Origin: Takakia lepidozioides
Lineage: Eukaryota; Plantae; Bryophyta
Reading direction: 5' to 3'
Assembly: GCA_030704615.1 (NCBI GenBank)
Contig: CM060734.1
Span: 14,508,001-14,572,000, forward strand
DNA length: 64,000 nucleotides
A program made the translations under genes and the position numbers. The notes under the pieces were generated by a model. It worked only from the letters and a program-made list of their open reading frames with translations. It did not search any database and was not told the DNA's origin. Below are positions 45,037 to 57,639 of this stretch, one piece after another (position 1 is the first letter of the stretch; each line of letters opens with the position of its first letter).

Positions 45037-45815
45037 CATTCCACATTCGGGAAGGAGAAAGTGGCAATTATATTACATTCATCTTCTTGCACCCTATTTT
45101 TTTGTGAGGAATTATACACTTGGTGGTGCCGCACCGCCATGGCTCCAGGTGCATTTTGGTGCCGCAATACATGAGAATGTGGTTTTTGGCGTGAATGGCA
45201 TGCGCATGCTTTTTTTTATTTTGGTTGTCTATAAATGGATCCGAGTAAAGCATACATTGTGTGGAGATACACGGGCATTGAGGCCTATTTCAGCGCCGTT
45301 ATTGGTCTGTATACTGCATAGTGCTTCCTTGTTACTACTCTTCATTCAATTTGTGGTGATTTCGCAGCCCATCTTGGCGTTTTCGTCCACCTTTATGAGA
45401 AGACTCCAATTTGCTACCAATACATTGTCAGTGTTCTGCAAATGTGATGCCTTTACAAGATTGCTAGTTCTGTGTCCCAGTGGGAAGGGTCCTACTGCAC
45501 ATTCCAGCATTTGCATACTGCACCTTATACAAACAGCAATCCATACGACAAAGGACACGTCCCAGCATACTGGCAGTGAATTGCAAAAAACCTTAACAGA
45601 AGATTATCCAAGCATGTATATTCCCCATATGGCACAGGGAAGCTACTTGATTTCTGAATCAAAATGTATGTGCCATGAGTGTCGGCAAGTCGAAACATGT
45701 CTACTCTAGCATGCAAGACCTATGGTCCCCTCGCCCAAGAAGAAGGAACTCAAACTGGCCTCTCAAGGACCTCCTGAGTGACCGGGTGCCGATATATGAA
45801 CAAAATGTCAGCGGT

Positions 45816-46319
45816 TTATGTCGCCCGGTTGAAACTAACGAGGATGTTGTGTTTATCGATAGCGCCCCCTTGGTAGAAGGACATTTTCACAGTGGGCCCT
45901 GTGTTCCCCTCCTCCTCATCCTCATAACTGAAGAGAATGTCCCCACTTTCCGAGCCAGTCCGTCCACGCGTGAAGTTTTCACCTATGCACTCATCATACG
46001 TCCACTCGCAACAATTCCAGCGATACAGCAACGCTGTGCGTGATCTGTTCGGCTCCCACTCAAGCGGAAAGTCCAGGTCCATGATACGTAGGAACCACCT
46101 GCTCCCCAGCCGGGGTCCAGGAGAATCGTGCAATCCTGGAAGAAACTCCATTGCTCTCAGCTGGACAAGACGAGGATCGTCCATGTAAACATCTAGGAAG
46201 ACAATGATGTCGTTTGCTTTCGGGACAATGACTCCCGTCTGGCGTCGATAGATGTGATCTGGGCACGACATGGCCTCACGACACAGCAAGAACTCAGAGC
46301 AGGGAGGAGATGGGCACAA
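45816..46319 (-). CDS. Unknown cargo ORF or exon inside the MULE fragment
   Basis: 167-aa ORF convergent on the transposase and absent from the complete element; no motif recognised. Confidence 0.35.
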   Translation of the reverse strand: MCPSPPCSEFLLCREAMSCPDHIYRRQTGVIVPKANDIIVFLDVYMDDPRLVQLRAMEFLPGLHDSPGPRLGSRWFLRIMDLDFPLEWEPNRSRTALLYRWNCCEWTYDECIGENFTRGRTGSESGDILFSYEDEEEGNTGPTVKMSFYQGGAIDKHNILVSFNRAT

Positions 46320-46504
46320 CAGAGAAGAGTGAATAGCAAAATGAGAGCGAGGTCGGCGGAAGAAGGATATATCATTGCTGCACTGCCAATGTCGTATGCG
46401 GCAGAACTTCTATTTCCTCCGACATGTGTGCTTTTATTAGACAAATCCACACCAGTTTCAGGAGAGTTTGCAAAACTCCCTCACCGTAAGGCGGGTATTT
46501 GCTC

Positions 46505-46920
46505 TTCGGAGCCCAATTTTGGCGCCGTTATTGGTTGCACTGCCTAGCCTTCAGTCGGGTATTTGGTTTCCGGACCCCTATTTCGGCACCGTTATCGGCT
46601 GCACTCCGGTGGCTTCAGCCGAGTATTTGGTTTCCGGGGCCGATTTTGGCGCCGTTATTGGCTACACTCCGGAGGCTTCAGCCGGGTATTTGGTCGGCGG
46701 AGCCCAATTTCGGCACCGTTATTGGCTTCACTCCCGAGCCTTCAGCCGGCTATTTCTTTTCCTGTGCCCAATTACGGCGCCGTTATACCCAACCTTCCTG
46801 CACTTCTGCAACTGTACTATCCACGATTATAGGTCGCCATTGCGTTTTCGGAGTCTGCAAACCCGGATCCTAATTCCGCTTGCGTCTCTGCCTCTGGGAT
46901 AATTTCGGTGCCGTTATTGC
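46505..46920. repeat. Subterminal ~64-bp tandem units carrying AATTTTGGCGCCGTTATT
   Basis: Five tandem units plus a dispersed copy; variant of the GGCGCC palindrome. Confidence 0.85.
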
Positions 46921-47188
46921 CCATAATTCAGTTTTTCTATGACTTGGCCTGGCAGTTCATGAGCCTAGGCTCCAAGTCATGAGCGGACACTGGTACTTAT
47001 GAGCGGAGTGCTTCCAGCATGAGCGCGGAAATCTTCGAAAACCTTCTCTTCTTATACTACTTTCGATTATTTTATAGTTTTGGGCCCGAAAAAAATCTGC
47101 CGAAATTCGAAGTGTGTTACTTTGCGGCTCATGGGTGAGCCATGCCCGCTCATGAGCTCATGGAATAGCAACCCCCATAGGTGGCCGG

Positions 47189-48070
47189 TGATAACGACTA
47201 AGTATGACACAGCTACGAGGGCCAGACAGCGAGAGTCACGATGGGACATACCGGGTAGTGATTGGTTTACACTACCTGGTCACGGGCAGAAAAGGCTAAG
47301 TGCACGGCACTTAGCAAACGACAGAACAAGGGTACACTACCACGGGAGCAGTAGTGGGTAGTGTAGCAGCAGTGGGCCGTGAACCACGATAGCATAGGCT
47401 TTACTAATAGAGGAAGTAGTGAAGGACCGTGGACCGTTTACCACTATGGCACACGACCAAAAGTCACGACCACTACCACGAGCCACTTTTTTGCAAACCC
47501 TTTAGGTTGCGTAGGCAGTTAGGCAACGGTCATTAACGACTGCAGGCTGTAACGGCTCTTTTGAGCATAGTATAAAAGGACTGCACACAACTTAGAAGGT
47601 ATCAGTGATCAGTGTGTATCCAGTGGACTCAGAGTAATTCGATGTGTACTTATGCTATGATGTGATGAACTCTGAAGTAAAGCCATGCTATTCCATGTAT
47701 CTCTGTGTAGAGTGAACGTGAGATGGAGAGAATGTGCATTTTGAGAGAACGTGAGATGGTGAGAATGTGTATCATCTCAAAATAGATCTTGTTGCCTTGA
47801 ATATTGTAGGATTGTATGAACAAAGAGGCTCCAGCCTTTCCAACTAAGACCTTTTAGCTGATGAGATTGTGGGTTGAACTTAATTAATAGGATTAAGCAA
47901 CCTACCGAGATGTTGATTCATACGACTACCAGGGGTTAGCTATCTTTCAAACGATTACTCTGTAATTGTTTCAGAAGGCATACCGTCGGACAACCTCTGT
48001 TGCATGTCTTGGGAAATGGGCGGTAGAGTTGAGAGCCTATTTTGTCTAAGTCATAAACCAGCGGTTAACA
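47189..48070 (+). repeat. 5' LTR (882 bp)
   Basis: TGATAACG...GGTTAACA, followed by the PBS; homologous to 53027-53818. Confidence 0.92.
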
Positions 48071-48699
48071 TTTGGCGACCATACTGGGGACTAACGGTAT
48101 GTTGAGTTCAAGTGAACTCAAGGAAGGATGGCTACTCAGTGATTTCTTGAAATCACAAAAGAACGAGTCAAAGGAAGCAGAGGAATGGAAAGCATTCCTG
48201 GAAAAATTTCATGGCTTACTTGTAGCAATACAACATAAGATCTTTTTTCAATTGCGAAAGAAGATGACAAATGGGGATTAAAGGGAGGAGTGATCAATAT
48301 TACACGAGCACCTTGGGAATGTAGAATCAGAAGTGAAGAATGGTTGTCTCGTCTAGCTTTATTGATTACTCTAATCCCAATCAGAAAAGTTTGCTACACT
48401 AGTTATATTTTCAGGGAAGGATGTTCAAATTATGAATATTGTCATATGATCATAGAAGCAGTAGAGTACTGGATACCCAAAGACTTGTTACAAGTCAGAT
48501 ACACTGAGAAAGACAAATGGTATTATTGTGCCCATTAAAAGATTGGTGATCAATCAGTAAAGGATAATTAAGTCGTGATACGGATTCTGGCAAATAGTGT
48601 AAATCTTGGAGAAAGGGTAGAGACCACTATAATTTTCTTTACTGACATACCAAGGCTTATTAAAGGGTGCTGAAAATGAATTATGTATATGATGTGGGA

Positions 48700-51600
48700 A
48701 TGAATGAGGAAATTAAGGAAAAAGCTAAGCAAGACAGAGCTGAAAGAATAGAGAAATATGTTGCAGAAAGGGAAGCTCGGTTGAGAAAAGAGTTCCCGGA
48801 ATTATAAAATTTGAATATTATTCAAGGTGAGGCATCAAGACAAATTGACAGTGATAAACCAGAAGATCAGGAAATCGGATCTTTGGAAAGTGAGAACACT
48901 ACACCAGAAGGAGTTGCAAGTAATGCACTTGGCGAATGGTTACCACAAGAAAGATCTGAAGGACCTTCTACAGTAACAAGTCCAAATCGAGGTTTTGCTG
49001 AAATATTGGAAGAAAAATTTGAGAATATTCTGAGTGAAGAAGGTGAAAGAAGTGAATTTACTTCTCCAGAAAGGATAACCATGACTGCACTCAAAGCTTT
49101 TAAAGATTCATTAAGCTTAGTAGGGACAGCAGCTGGAAGACGGTTATTCTTGGGACAAGGACCTCCTAGTTTTGAATCATTGTTTGGAAGACAAACACCA
49201 ACAACACCACTAGCCTTGACAATCCCAACACCAACACAGCCAGCAACAACGGGACCATTCCAGTTTGGATAGCCGGTTGCACCAGCAGCACCAATGGCTT
49301 TAGCAGCAAGCAAAACCAGACCGCCGTTTCCTTTATATGATGGGAAATTTGACCCGTATATCCATCTTAATCAATTTGAGAACATGTGCACCATTTACAA
49401 TGAAGCAACAGACCAGGAAAAGATCCAATTATTTCCTTGTTCAATGGCCAGAAAAGGCATTGAATGGTTGGCAACATTTTCAGCCAACCACTTTGCAAAT
49501 TGGGCAGATATGATAGCCGCATTCCAAGAACGATATAGATCCAACAAATCCACATCTGAAATCTTCACGGGATTACAGAACTTGAGACAGTAAAAGAAAG
49601 AATTGGTAGTTGACTACCTGGAGAGAGTGAAGACTCTGATCAGGAAGCTACCTCAAGCACCAGGTGACGACTTGCAGAAATCATGGTTCATCAACGGACT
49701 TCGTCCTGAATATGTAACCATGGTTACAGTCATGTCTAACAACACTTTGGCTGAAGCAGTAGGAACTGCAAAGAAATTGGAATTGGGATTTCATCAAAGC
49801 AGAAGTAAAGATTCCAAGGATCCCTTAGAAGAAGAAGACTCTGATGATGAAGAAAAACCCAAGCAAAAGAAGAAAGAAGTGATTGACAAAACCACTTTGG
49901 ATCAGAAGATAGCAGAGGCTATCAAGAATTTTAAAGATGAAGGGCCACGAAATGCAACATGGTGTCACAAATGTGGGACTGCAGGACACTTGGCAACAGG
50001 ATGCCACATGAAAGACAAATACTGTGATATTTGTCATATGAACAATCATAATACCAGCCATTGTATTTACAATCAACGGGCCAAGAAGAGTGGGTACACA
50101 CGAGAGGTGGGGGTACACCAAGTCCAAGTCCGACGGGGAGGTTCGGATGGACCAAGACGATACAATATGGGTAATCGTTATCAGAGGCCACGAGATGACT
50201 ATCCACCACGGGATAGAGAACATCAACCCAGAAACAAGGAAATCGCGAGATGTCACTATTGCAAGAAAGAGGGACACTAGAAACACGAATGCCAGTTGCG
50301 AATCAAGCATGAGGCAGAATTGGGAAATATGAAAGCCGGACCAAGTGTAGCCGTGAGTGTGGTAACTCCTGTAGTGAATACCCCTTGTGGTAACCCGAAC
50401 TCAGGCTAAGAAACAGAAACCTCCAGATAAGGAGATTGAAGAAGAACGAAAACAATATCTAGAAAGTGCAGCATGGCAGGAAGAAAAGAGCTTACACCAG
50501 GAGGTAAGCAAAGCCATAGCTCAAATGCAAGAAGGAACCCATATACCTTCTGGAGAGCCAACTCCAGATAATCAAATCAGACCAACAACGAAGACCACGA
50601 ACGCAACCACGGAAACAGAATTGGCTGAAGTAATCTGCCACACCAAGACCCAAATTACCATTGGACAAATTTTAAAAATTGCTCCACACTGCAAGAAAAC
50701 TTTATTTCGGGCAATTGAGGCATTGACCCCCACACCAAAACAAAAACCAACACCAGAAGTTTACACGATTAAACCCACAACTATACAATAAACTCCACGC
50801 TACGACAAAGCAATACCAGTAATACAAGTACGTATTGGACGAAAGATGGTAACGGATGTACTCATCGATGGAGGATCCGGAGTGAATATCATGACAGAGA
50901 GGATGAAGAAGTCACTAGGATTGGGGCACATGGAACCTGCTCCATTCACGGTACAAATGGCCGATCAACAAAAAGTGCAGCCGTTGGGTATCATCAGACA
51001 ACTTGCAATGGAAGTAGCAGGACTGGTATACGAAGTATCAGTAACCATTCTCAGAATGGAGGATGTGGCAGAAGGATATTTGCTACTACTTGGCCGACCA
51101 TGGTTAACACAAGCCCAATCACACCACGATTGGGGAAGTCACACTCTCGCAATCAAAAATGGAACAAAACAAGTCACTATCACTACGAAGCAACGAGGTA
51201 CCATTCCACGAGAAAAACGACCTTGCATAGTGGAAGAGTATGACTGGTCCAGTGGACTATCGGATGAAGAAGAAGCCACGGTATATGCAGCACATCCACA
51301 GTTGGAACCTATTGGTCAATTAGTGGTCAAACATACCACAACAGTAGGATGTCACATGGTGAACACCTAAGGAGAACCAAATACTCCGAGAATGGAAGGA
51401 CACACCTCAACACCCTGCCCGTTTTTATCAAGAAAGAGAAGAGGACATTAAAATCAGTGAAGTACCTGCCACGATTGCAACCATCGGACAGGAGATTGCA
51501 GGATGGACAGTAACGGAAGAAACTCAATTGATTCAAGTGAATCTAGGAACAGTGGAAGAACCACAGATAATACGAGTAAGTGCAGGTCTTGAAGAATCAT

Positions 51601-52965
51601 TTCTACAAGAAGCCAGTACATTATTCACTGAATACAAGGATGTATTTGCCTGTCCAGAACTACAAAGATTTGAAGGGTATACCTTCCAACATCTGTCAGC
51701 ACTGAATTGAATTGGAAGTTGACACGAAACCAATTCGTCAGAACCGTTACAGAATAAACCCCGACTATGTAGCTAAAGTTTGGGAAGAAATCAAGAAATT
51801 ACTGGATGCATGATTCATATACCCAGTAGAGACACCACAATGGTTATCACCCATTGTGATAGTACCCAAGAATAATGGAAAATTACGAGTATGTGTGGAC
51901 TACCGCAAATTAAATGCATGAACCAAGAAAGACCCATTTCCACTACCTTTCACATAGATAGTGTTGGGCACAGTGGCAGGACATGAGATGTACTCATTCC
52001 TGGATGGGTTCAGTGGGTACAACCAGGTGCAGATGGCAGAAGAAGACCGAGAAAAGACCGCATTCATCACTGAATGGGGAGCCTATGCTTACAAAGTCAT
52101 GCCATTTGGACTTTGCAACGCACCAGCCACGTTTCAACGAGCAGTTTTTATGCATGTATTTTTGGATGATTTTAGTGTCTTCGGACAGAAATCCAAACAC
52201 TTGGCACAATTAAAACTTTGCCTACAAGCCTGCAGAAACAATGGAGTAAGTCTCAATTTGGAAAAATGTACATTTTGTGTGAATTCAGGATTACTGTTGG
52301 GACACATTGTGTGCCAACAGGGAATTCTGGTGGATCCAAAGAAAGTGGATGTTATCCAGAAAATACCACCACCAGAAAATCCCAAGAAACTCAAGAGATT
52401 TCTGGGACAGACAAGCTATTACAGAAGGTACATGGCCAAATATGCTCACAGAGCGGCACCAGTCTATAGACTGCTGAAGAAAGATGTCGAATACCGATGG
52501 TCTCTAGCTTGCCAGGAATGATTTGATTCACTAAAAAGGGCACTCACAGCAGCACCAATTCTAATAAATCCAAGTTGGGATCTACCATTTCATGTACACA
52601 GTGATGCATCAAGCATTGCTTTGGGGGCAGTTCTAGCCCAAAATGTGACAGGCACAATAGATTCACCAATCTATTATGCAAGCAGATTGCTGACAGCAGC
52701 TGAGAAGAACTATAGCACCACGGAAAGGGAAGCATTGGCAATGATTTATGTTGTTCAAAAGTTTTGGCATTAGTTACTTGGCAATCGCTTTAAGTTTATT
52801 GTTGATTATCAGGCTCTAGTTCATTTAGCAAATCGACCACTAGCTAGTGGCAGGGTTGCTCGATGGTTATTACTTCTTTATGAGTATGATTTTGAAGTTG
52901 TTCATAAACCAGGAAGATTACATGTTACAGCAGATCATCTGTCAAGAATTACTACAGAAGAAACC
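48700..52965 (+). pseudogene. gag-protease-RT-RNase H with stops and frameshifts
   Basis: FPLYDGKFDPYIHL, CCHC knuckles, VLIDGGSGVN, FLDGFSGYNQ, MPFGLCNAPATFQR, FLDDF, DASSIALG and ADHLSR. Confidence 0.92.
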
Positions 52966-53026
52966 AGCCACAGGGCCCTAATCACCTGCAAAAACCCTAG
53001 TGTTTATGATCAATGGTGCAACCGGC

Positions 53027-53818
53027 TGTTAACCACTGGTTTATGACTTAGACAAAATAGGCTCTCAACTCTACCGCCCATTTCCCAAGACATGCAACAG
53101 AGGTTGTCCGATGGTATGCCTTCTGAAATGATTACAGAGTAATCGTTTGAAAGATAGCTAACCCCTGGTAGTCGTATGAATCAACATCTTGGCAGGTTGC
53201 TTAATCCTATAAATTAAGTTCAAGCCACAATCTCATCAGCTAAAAGGTCTTAGTTGGAAAGGTTGGAACCTCTTTGTTCATACAATCCTACAGTATTCAA
53301 GACAACAAGATCTATTCTGAGATGATACACATTCTCACCATCTCATGTTCTCTCATAATGCACATTCTCTCCATCTCACGTTCACTCTATACAGAGATAC
53401 TTGGAATAGCATGGCTTTACTTCAGAGTTCATCACATCATAGCATAAGTACACATCGAATTACTCTGAGTCCAATGACCATTGCCTAACTGCCTACGCAA
53501 CCTAAAGGGTTTGCAAAAAAGTGGCTCGTGGTAGTGGTTGTGACTTTTGGTCATGTGCCACAATGGTACACGGTCCACGGTCCTTCACTACTTCCTCTAT
53601 TAGTAAAGCCTATGCTATCGTGGTTCACGACCCACTGCTGCTACACTACCCACTACTGCTCCCGTGGTAGTGTACCCTTGTTCCGCCGTTTGCTAAGTGC
53701 CGTGCACTTAGCCTTTTCTGCCCATGACCAGGTAGTGTAAACCAATCATTACCCGGTATGTCCCATCATGACTCTCGCTGTCTGCCCCTCGTAGCTGTGT
53801 CTTACTTAGCCGTTATCA
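53027..53818 (-). repeat. 3' LTR, inverted, with ~90-bp internal deletion; preceded by a PPT
   Basis: Reverse complement of the 5' LTR; AAAAGAGGGGAGGGAATAAA lies immediately upstream on the minus strand. Confidence 0.92.
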
Positions 53819-55490
53819 TTTATTCCCTCCCCTCTTTTGAAATTGTGTCCGCACAATTTCGTCAGTTCTTATGTTTGTTGTATCTCTTGGGAATATAGGG
53901 TGGTGACATGTCTGTCTGCTGGTTAGGAAGTGTGTCCCAGGATTGTCGTGGTGGCATCTTCTTGTTTTTGTTGTCATCATTGTCTGGTTGCTCCTGTGGT
54001 TCGTGAGTGGGCCAGCTTTCGTCATCAAGGTGTTCTGCTATTCCGTCCACGCGTACCATGTCGATTTTGGTGGTCAAGGTTTCTCGGTAGGTTTGCAGCT
54101 CCTCCTTGGTCCAGGGTACAATGTTTTTAGTCGCCCTTTGCCCATTAACCAGTTAACAGCTTGCGTCCCCGTTTCTCTGAAAGGGTGGTCTTTGTCCAAG
54201 ACCAACGGTGAAAAGTGGTCTTTCGCCTGGCGCCATGCTTCAGCATATATAGTGGTCTGTTCGTATATGCTGAAGTGCCCGAGACTCTCTCTGGTGGCTG
54301 GAATTTGGGTAATTCCCAGTGAGTATCTTTGTCAATACTCTCATAGCGCTGCCAGCTTCCCTTCATTGTGACGAACATCCGGTACAAGTAGCTGCCAATA
54401 TAAAAACTTGGGCAGCCCATTACAACGTCTACTGCCGGGGTAGGATTAATCTTCAATTGCCCCACTGCCCACATGTAAGCAACCAGCTCCTTGTACTCTA
54501 GGGGAGCCTGGCGCCAAAATTCATCCAATTCTGCCCCTGACCATGTTTCCTTCCTAGCCAGTGGCCTCATCCTGTATCTCAAAGGTATGAGAGTTTGATT
54601 GAGCAGATGCAATTGACCCAATGACCTGTAGGGGGTTAAGGTTTTGAATACCTTTCTAGGACTTCTGGGATTTGGTGGGCTGGTACTATCATCATTTTAA
54701 AGTATTCCTCTGAATACTTTAGCCACTCCCCATCCTGCTTGCATGACATGATTTGGAAATCATCAACTGCTACTGAAGTTGATGCCACCAGAACACTTGG
54801 TAATGGTACGGGGTTTACCTCCTGAGTAGATGGCCCTGTTGTGGCCTATACCAGTACCTGTTGACTTGGTGGTGGTTGTGTTGTTGGTGGTGTGTGTGCT
54901 GGTGTTGTTGTTGTTGATTATATTGGTGCTTCATGTTCATGGTCTTGTTCCTCTTGGTCGTCCTTGTTCGTGAGCTCCTCTTGTTCTGGAATTGGTGGCA
55001 GGAATTCCTCGTGAATGTCTGTCACCAATTTTTCCAGCTGACACTTCATTCGTTTTATCATTGCCCTGTTGAGTTTCTTCATTTCTAGCTCACTTCCTTC
55101 ACTCAACCATGCTCGGGCCAAGGCTGCGTCTGCTGCATCCAGCCCTGCTTGCAGTGTCAGTTTTTCCAACTGCTGCTTCCATTCCTGTAAGGCAATTTCT
55201 CTCTCTGTGTTGGCTGTGAACAGCCTACTTTCTGCATTTTCCCTTTCTCTCAGCAGTACAGTATTGCATGAGAGCCACTTGCTTCCCTGGTCTTTGACAG
55301 TCCTCAGCTACCCCTTGAGTGTGTCCACCTGCTCCTTAAGTGTCTGCACCTGTCCTGTGAGTGTTTCCACCTCTATCTCCGTTTTCCGAGATCGCTCTAT
55401 TTCTGCATTGAGGTCAGCTTGGACATTGCGTGTTTCGTCTCTCTGTCTTTGCCACTTCTATTCCCACTTGTATCTGCGTACTATTCTTAC

Positions 55491-57638
55491 CTACCCAGAA
55501 GGCCTTGCACGACCCCGCTGCATGATTCCCAATGTTGTTTGCTCTTTGGATGTCAAGTGTACAATGTGTTGAATCATTTGGAGTAACAGGGGAGTAACCA
55601 TGGTAACCGTTACTTCCTTCTTCTTCTTTGTCAACCTGGTCAATTCTTGGGTTAACTTCTTCAATAAGAAGCCTGCCCAATTCACGATTTGCCCATTGAG
55701 GCAAATCAACAGTTGATCGATTAGCTCCTTGGTGCAATAGTTGTGGTTTTGCCTGAGGCAAAGCAACGTGCTAAGTACCGGGGCTATCTTCTTAAAGCCG
55801 GGGTTTTTGCTGTGACTGCATGTGTAGCCCTGATCGGCTTGGTTGAGATTCTCAAACAGGTCCGCAAGTACAAACTTTGGTGGTTTGCCGCTATGCGCCG
55901 GTACGTCCAAACTGGGAAGGTGAAACACTTCCGCCAAGTACTTCTCCGTCAATATAATCTGTGTGTCACGGACATTTGTGCTTCGAGTGCCGGTGTTGTA
56001 ATTCTCCAAGAACTCCCTGCACAGCTCGTCGTGCTTAAGGTTCCAGTCCAGCATGGTGATGAAGTACCGCAGGCCAAGACTGTCCAACGTCTCCTGTGTC
56101 TCCGTGTTCTGCTCGATTTTCCGCAACACCGGGCTGATTTTGAAATTCACTTGCGCATAAGAACTTTGTGTCTTCCGCTTGGTGCCTGCCATTTCCCTTA
56201 GTTTTGCTGTTGCTGTAAGGAATTGGAGCACCAATTCTTGTATCAAGAGCAGTATGAAGCACACTGAAAGTTGTGTAGACGGCAATTTCCAGTTTGCAGA
56301 AGAGAAGGTGTGGGGTTCGTTTCCGGGTTTGAGTAGGGGTTCTCCTCTGTGGGCTTCTTCTCTAACTTCTCTCGAGGTTCTCGTGGAGGTAATTCTGTCC
56401 TGCTGTCCACCTAGGTTTAAAGCACAGTTAGCTTTAATTGCTAGGCCCGTGCTTACCAAGAAGCATTTAGCTTCTGGTAACGGTTTTGGATAGACCTCAT
56501 CCCTTTTATGGATGTGCCTGATTTTCTTCCGTTGGTGTTTTCTTCGTGGTTTGTCTTGGATTGGACTGATGGTTGTTGATGATTGTCCAATTTCGATTAG
56601 TTTACGTTCATCCATCTTGGATGTGTTCATCCATTTTGGTATGTGGTCTGTTTTTAGATGAGCGGCGTGTGCGCAGTACTTGCAGATTGGTTTAATGGCT
56701 TTGCCCTTATCGTCCGCTGTCTTTTGGCAATCCGTTGGATTGCGCCGTCGTTCTTCTTCCGTGTTATGATCGATGGTTAGGGGTGTATGATTACCACGGT
56801 CGGTGGGGTCATCTGGAGCGTACATCTCGGAGTTTAACACAAGCAGTGACTCGTTGGCTGCTTCGTATTCGTTCACGATTCTGTAGGGCATATGTGCTGG
56901 CCACGGTTCACCATACGGTATATGGGGTGGTAATGTTGTCCTCCAAATGAATTGTGGTCTAGCCGTAGCGGTGCCCTGAACTCGTATTGCCACTTGTCTT
57001 AGTACATGCCGATTCACCGTGTTGTGATGAATGTAGTATGCACTGGCGGTTTCACGCTCCTCATCTGCGGTTTGGTCTTCCTCGTTGGCGTATAAGTCAT
57101 GTATAAGGGCTTTGTCATGTATCCCTTTGTAGCCTTTTAACTTGTTAATATTTATTCGTCCCACGAATTCTTGTTCCAAGGTCTGGAAATCAACAGTTCC
57201 ATTGTCATGTACCCTTTTGATTTGAAATGGTCCCATCCATGGCATTTTCAATTTTCCTCCCAGTTTGATCTTCTTGATTTTTGGTAACCATAAAACAATT
57301 TCCCCGTCCTGGAAAGATTTTTCTTTCCCTTCAGATATTCTTTTTCTTCGTTGTTCTTGAATTTGTGCCATGTTATCTGCAGCGTCTGCCCGAACTTCTT
57401 CAAGATGAAATAGCTCATGTTCCCTGACTCGTAGAGATTCCTGTAAACCCCATCGTTCATGAGTTCCGGTTCGTAGTGTGGGTATCATGCATTCAATGGG
57501 TAATAGTGCCTCTGCTCCATACACCAATTGAAATGGTGTATGTTTCGTGGTCACCTTGTATGATGTCCTGAATGCCCATAGTGTTGTGTTCATTTTGGTG
57601 TCCCAATCTGTACGATTGGCATTTACTATCTTGGTTAA
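55491..57638 (-). CDS. Integrase C-terminus running in frame into a Transposase_32/Athila-ORF-like domain
   Basis: LTKIVNANRTDWD...TPFQLVYG...PWMGPF, then LCREFLENYN...VRDTQIILTEKYLAEVFHLP...VNWAGFL. Confidence 0.75.
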   Translation of the reverse strand, partial: LTKIVNANRTDWDTKMNTTLWAFRTSYKVTTKHTPFQLVYGAEALLPIECMIPTLRTGTHERWGLQESLRVREHELFHLEEVRADAADNMAQIQEQRRKRISEGKEKSFQDGEIVLWLPKIKKIKLGGKLKMPWMGPFQIKRVHDNGTVDFQTLEQEFVGRININKLKGYKGIHDKALIHDLYANEEDQTADEERETASAYYIHHNTVNRHVLRQVAIRVQGTATARPQFIWRTTLPPHIPYGEPWPAHMPYRIVNEYEAANESLLVLNSEMYAPDDPTDRGNHTPLTIDHNTEEERRRNPTDCQKTADDKGKAIKPICKYCAHAAHLKTDHIPKWMNTSKMDERKLIEIGQSSTTISPIQDKPRRKHQRKKIRHIHKRDEVYPKPLPEAKCFLVSTGLAIKANCALNLGGQQDRITSTRTSREVREEAHRGEPLLKPGNEPHTFSSANWKLPSTQLSVCFILLLIQELVLQFLTATAKLREMAGTKRKTQSSYAQVNFKISPVLRKIEQNTETQETLDSLGLRYFITMLDWNLKHDELCREFLENYNTGTRSTNVRDTQIILTEKYLAEVFHLPSLDVPAHSGKPPKFVLADLFENLNQADQGYTCSHSKNPGFKKIAPVLSTLLCLRQNHNYCTKELIDQLLICLNGQIVNWAGFLLKKLTQELTRLTKKKKEVTVTMVTPLLLQMIQHIVHLTSKEQTTLGIMQRGRARPSG

Positions 57639-57639
57639 G

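Larger units (their letters stand above)
43619..47176 (+). mobile_element. 3' half of a Mutator-like relative: transposase exon 2, cargo ORF, motif array, right TIR
   Basis: Terminus GCTCATGGAATAGCAACCCCC ends at 47176 and matches the TIR of the complete element. Confidence 0.85.

Noticed and set aside
47177-47184. Search for a matching TSD (ATAGGTGG) and left TIR for the 43619-47176 element
   Set aside because: Occurrences noticed elsewhere (e.g. ~7521) are not next to a TIR; the left part appears deleted.
47189-53818. Long terminal inverted repeats suggesting a DIRS or foldback element
   Set aside because: They are ordinary LTRs (PBS, PPT, 5-bp TSD, DDE integrase) placed in inverted orientation by rearrangement.
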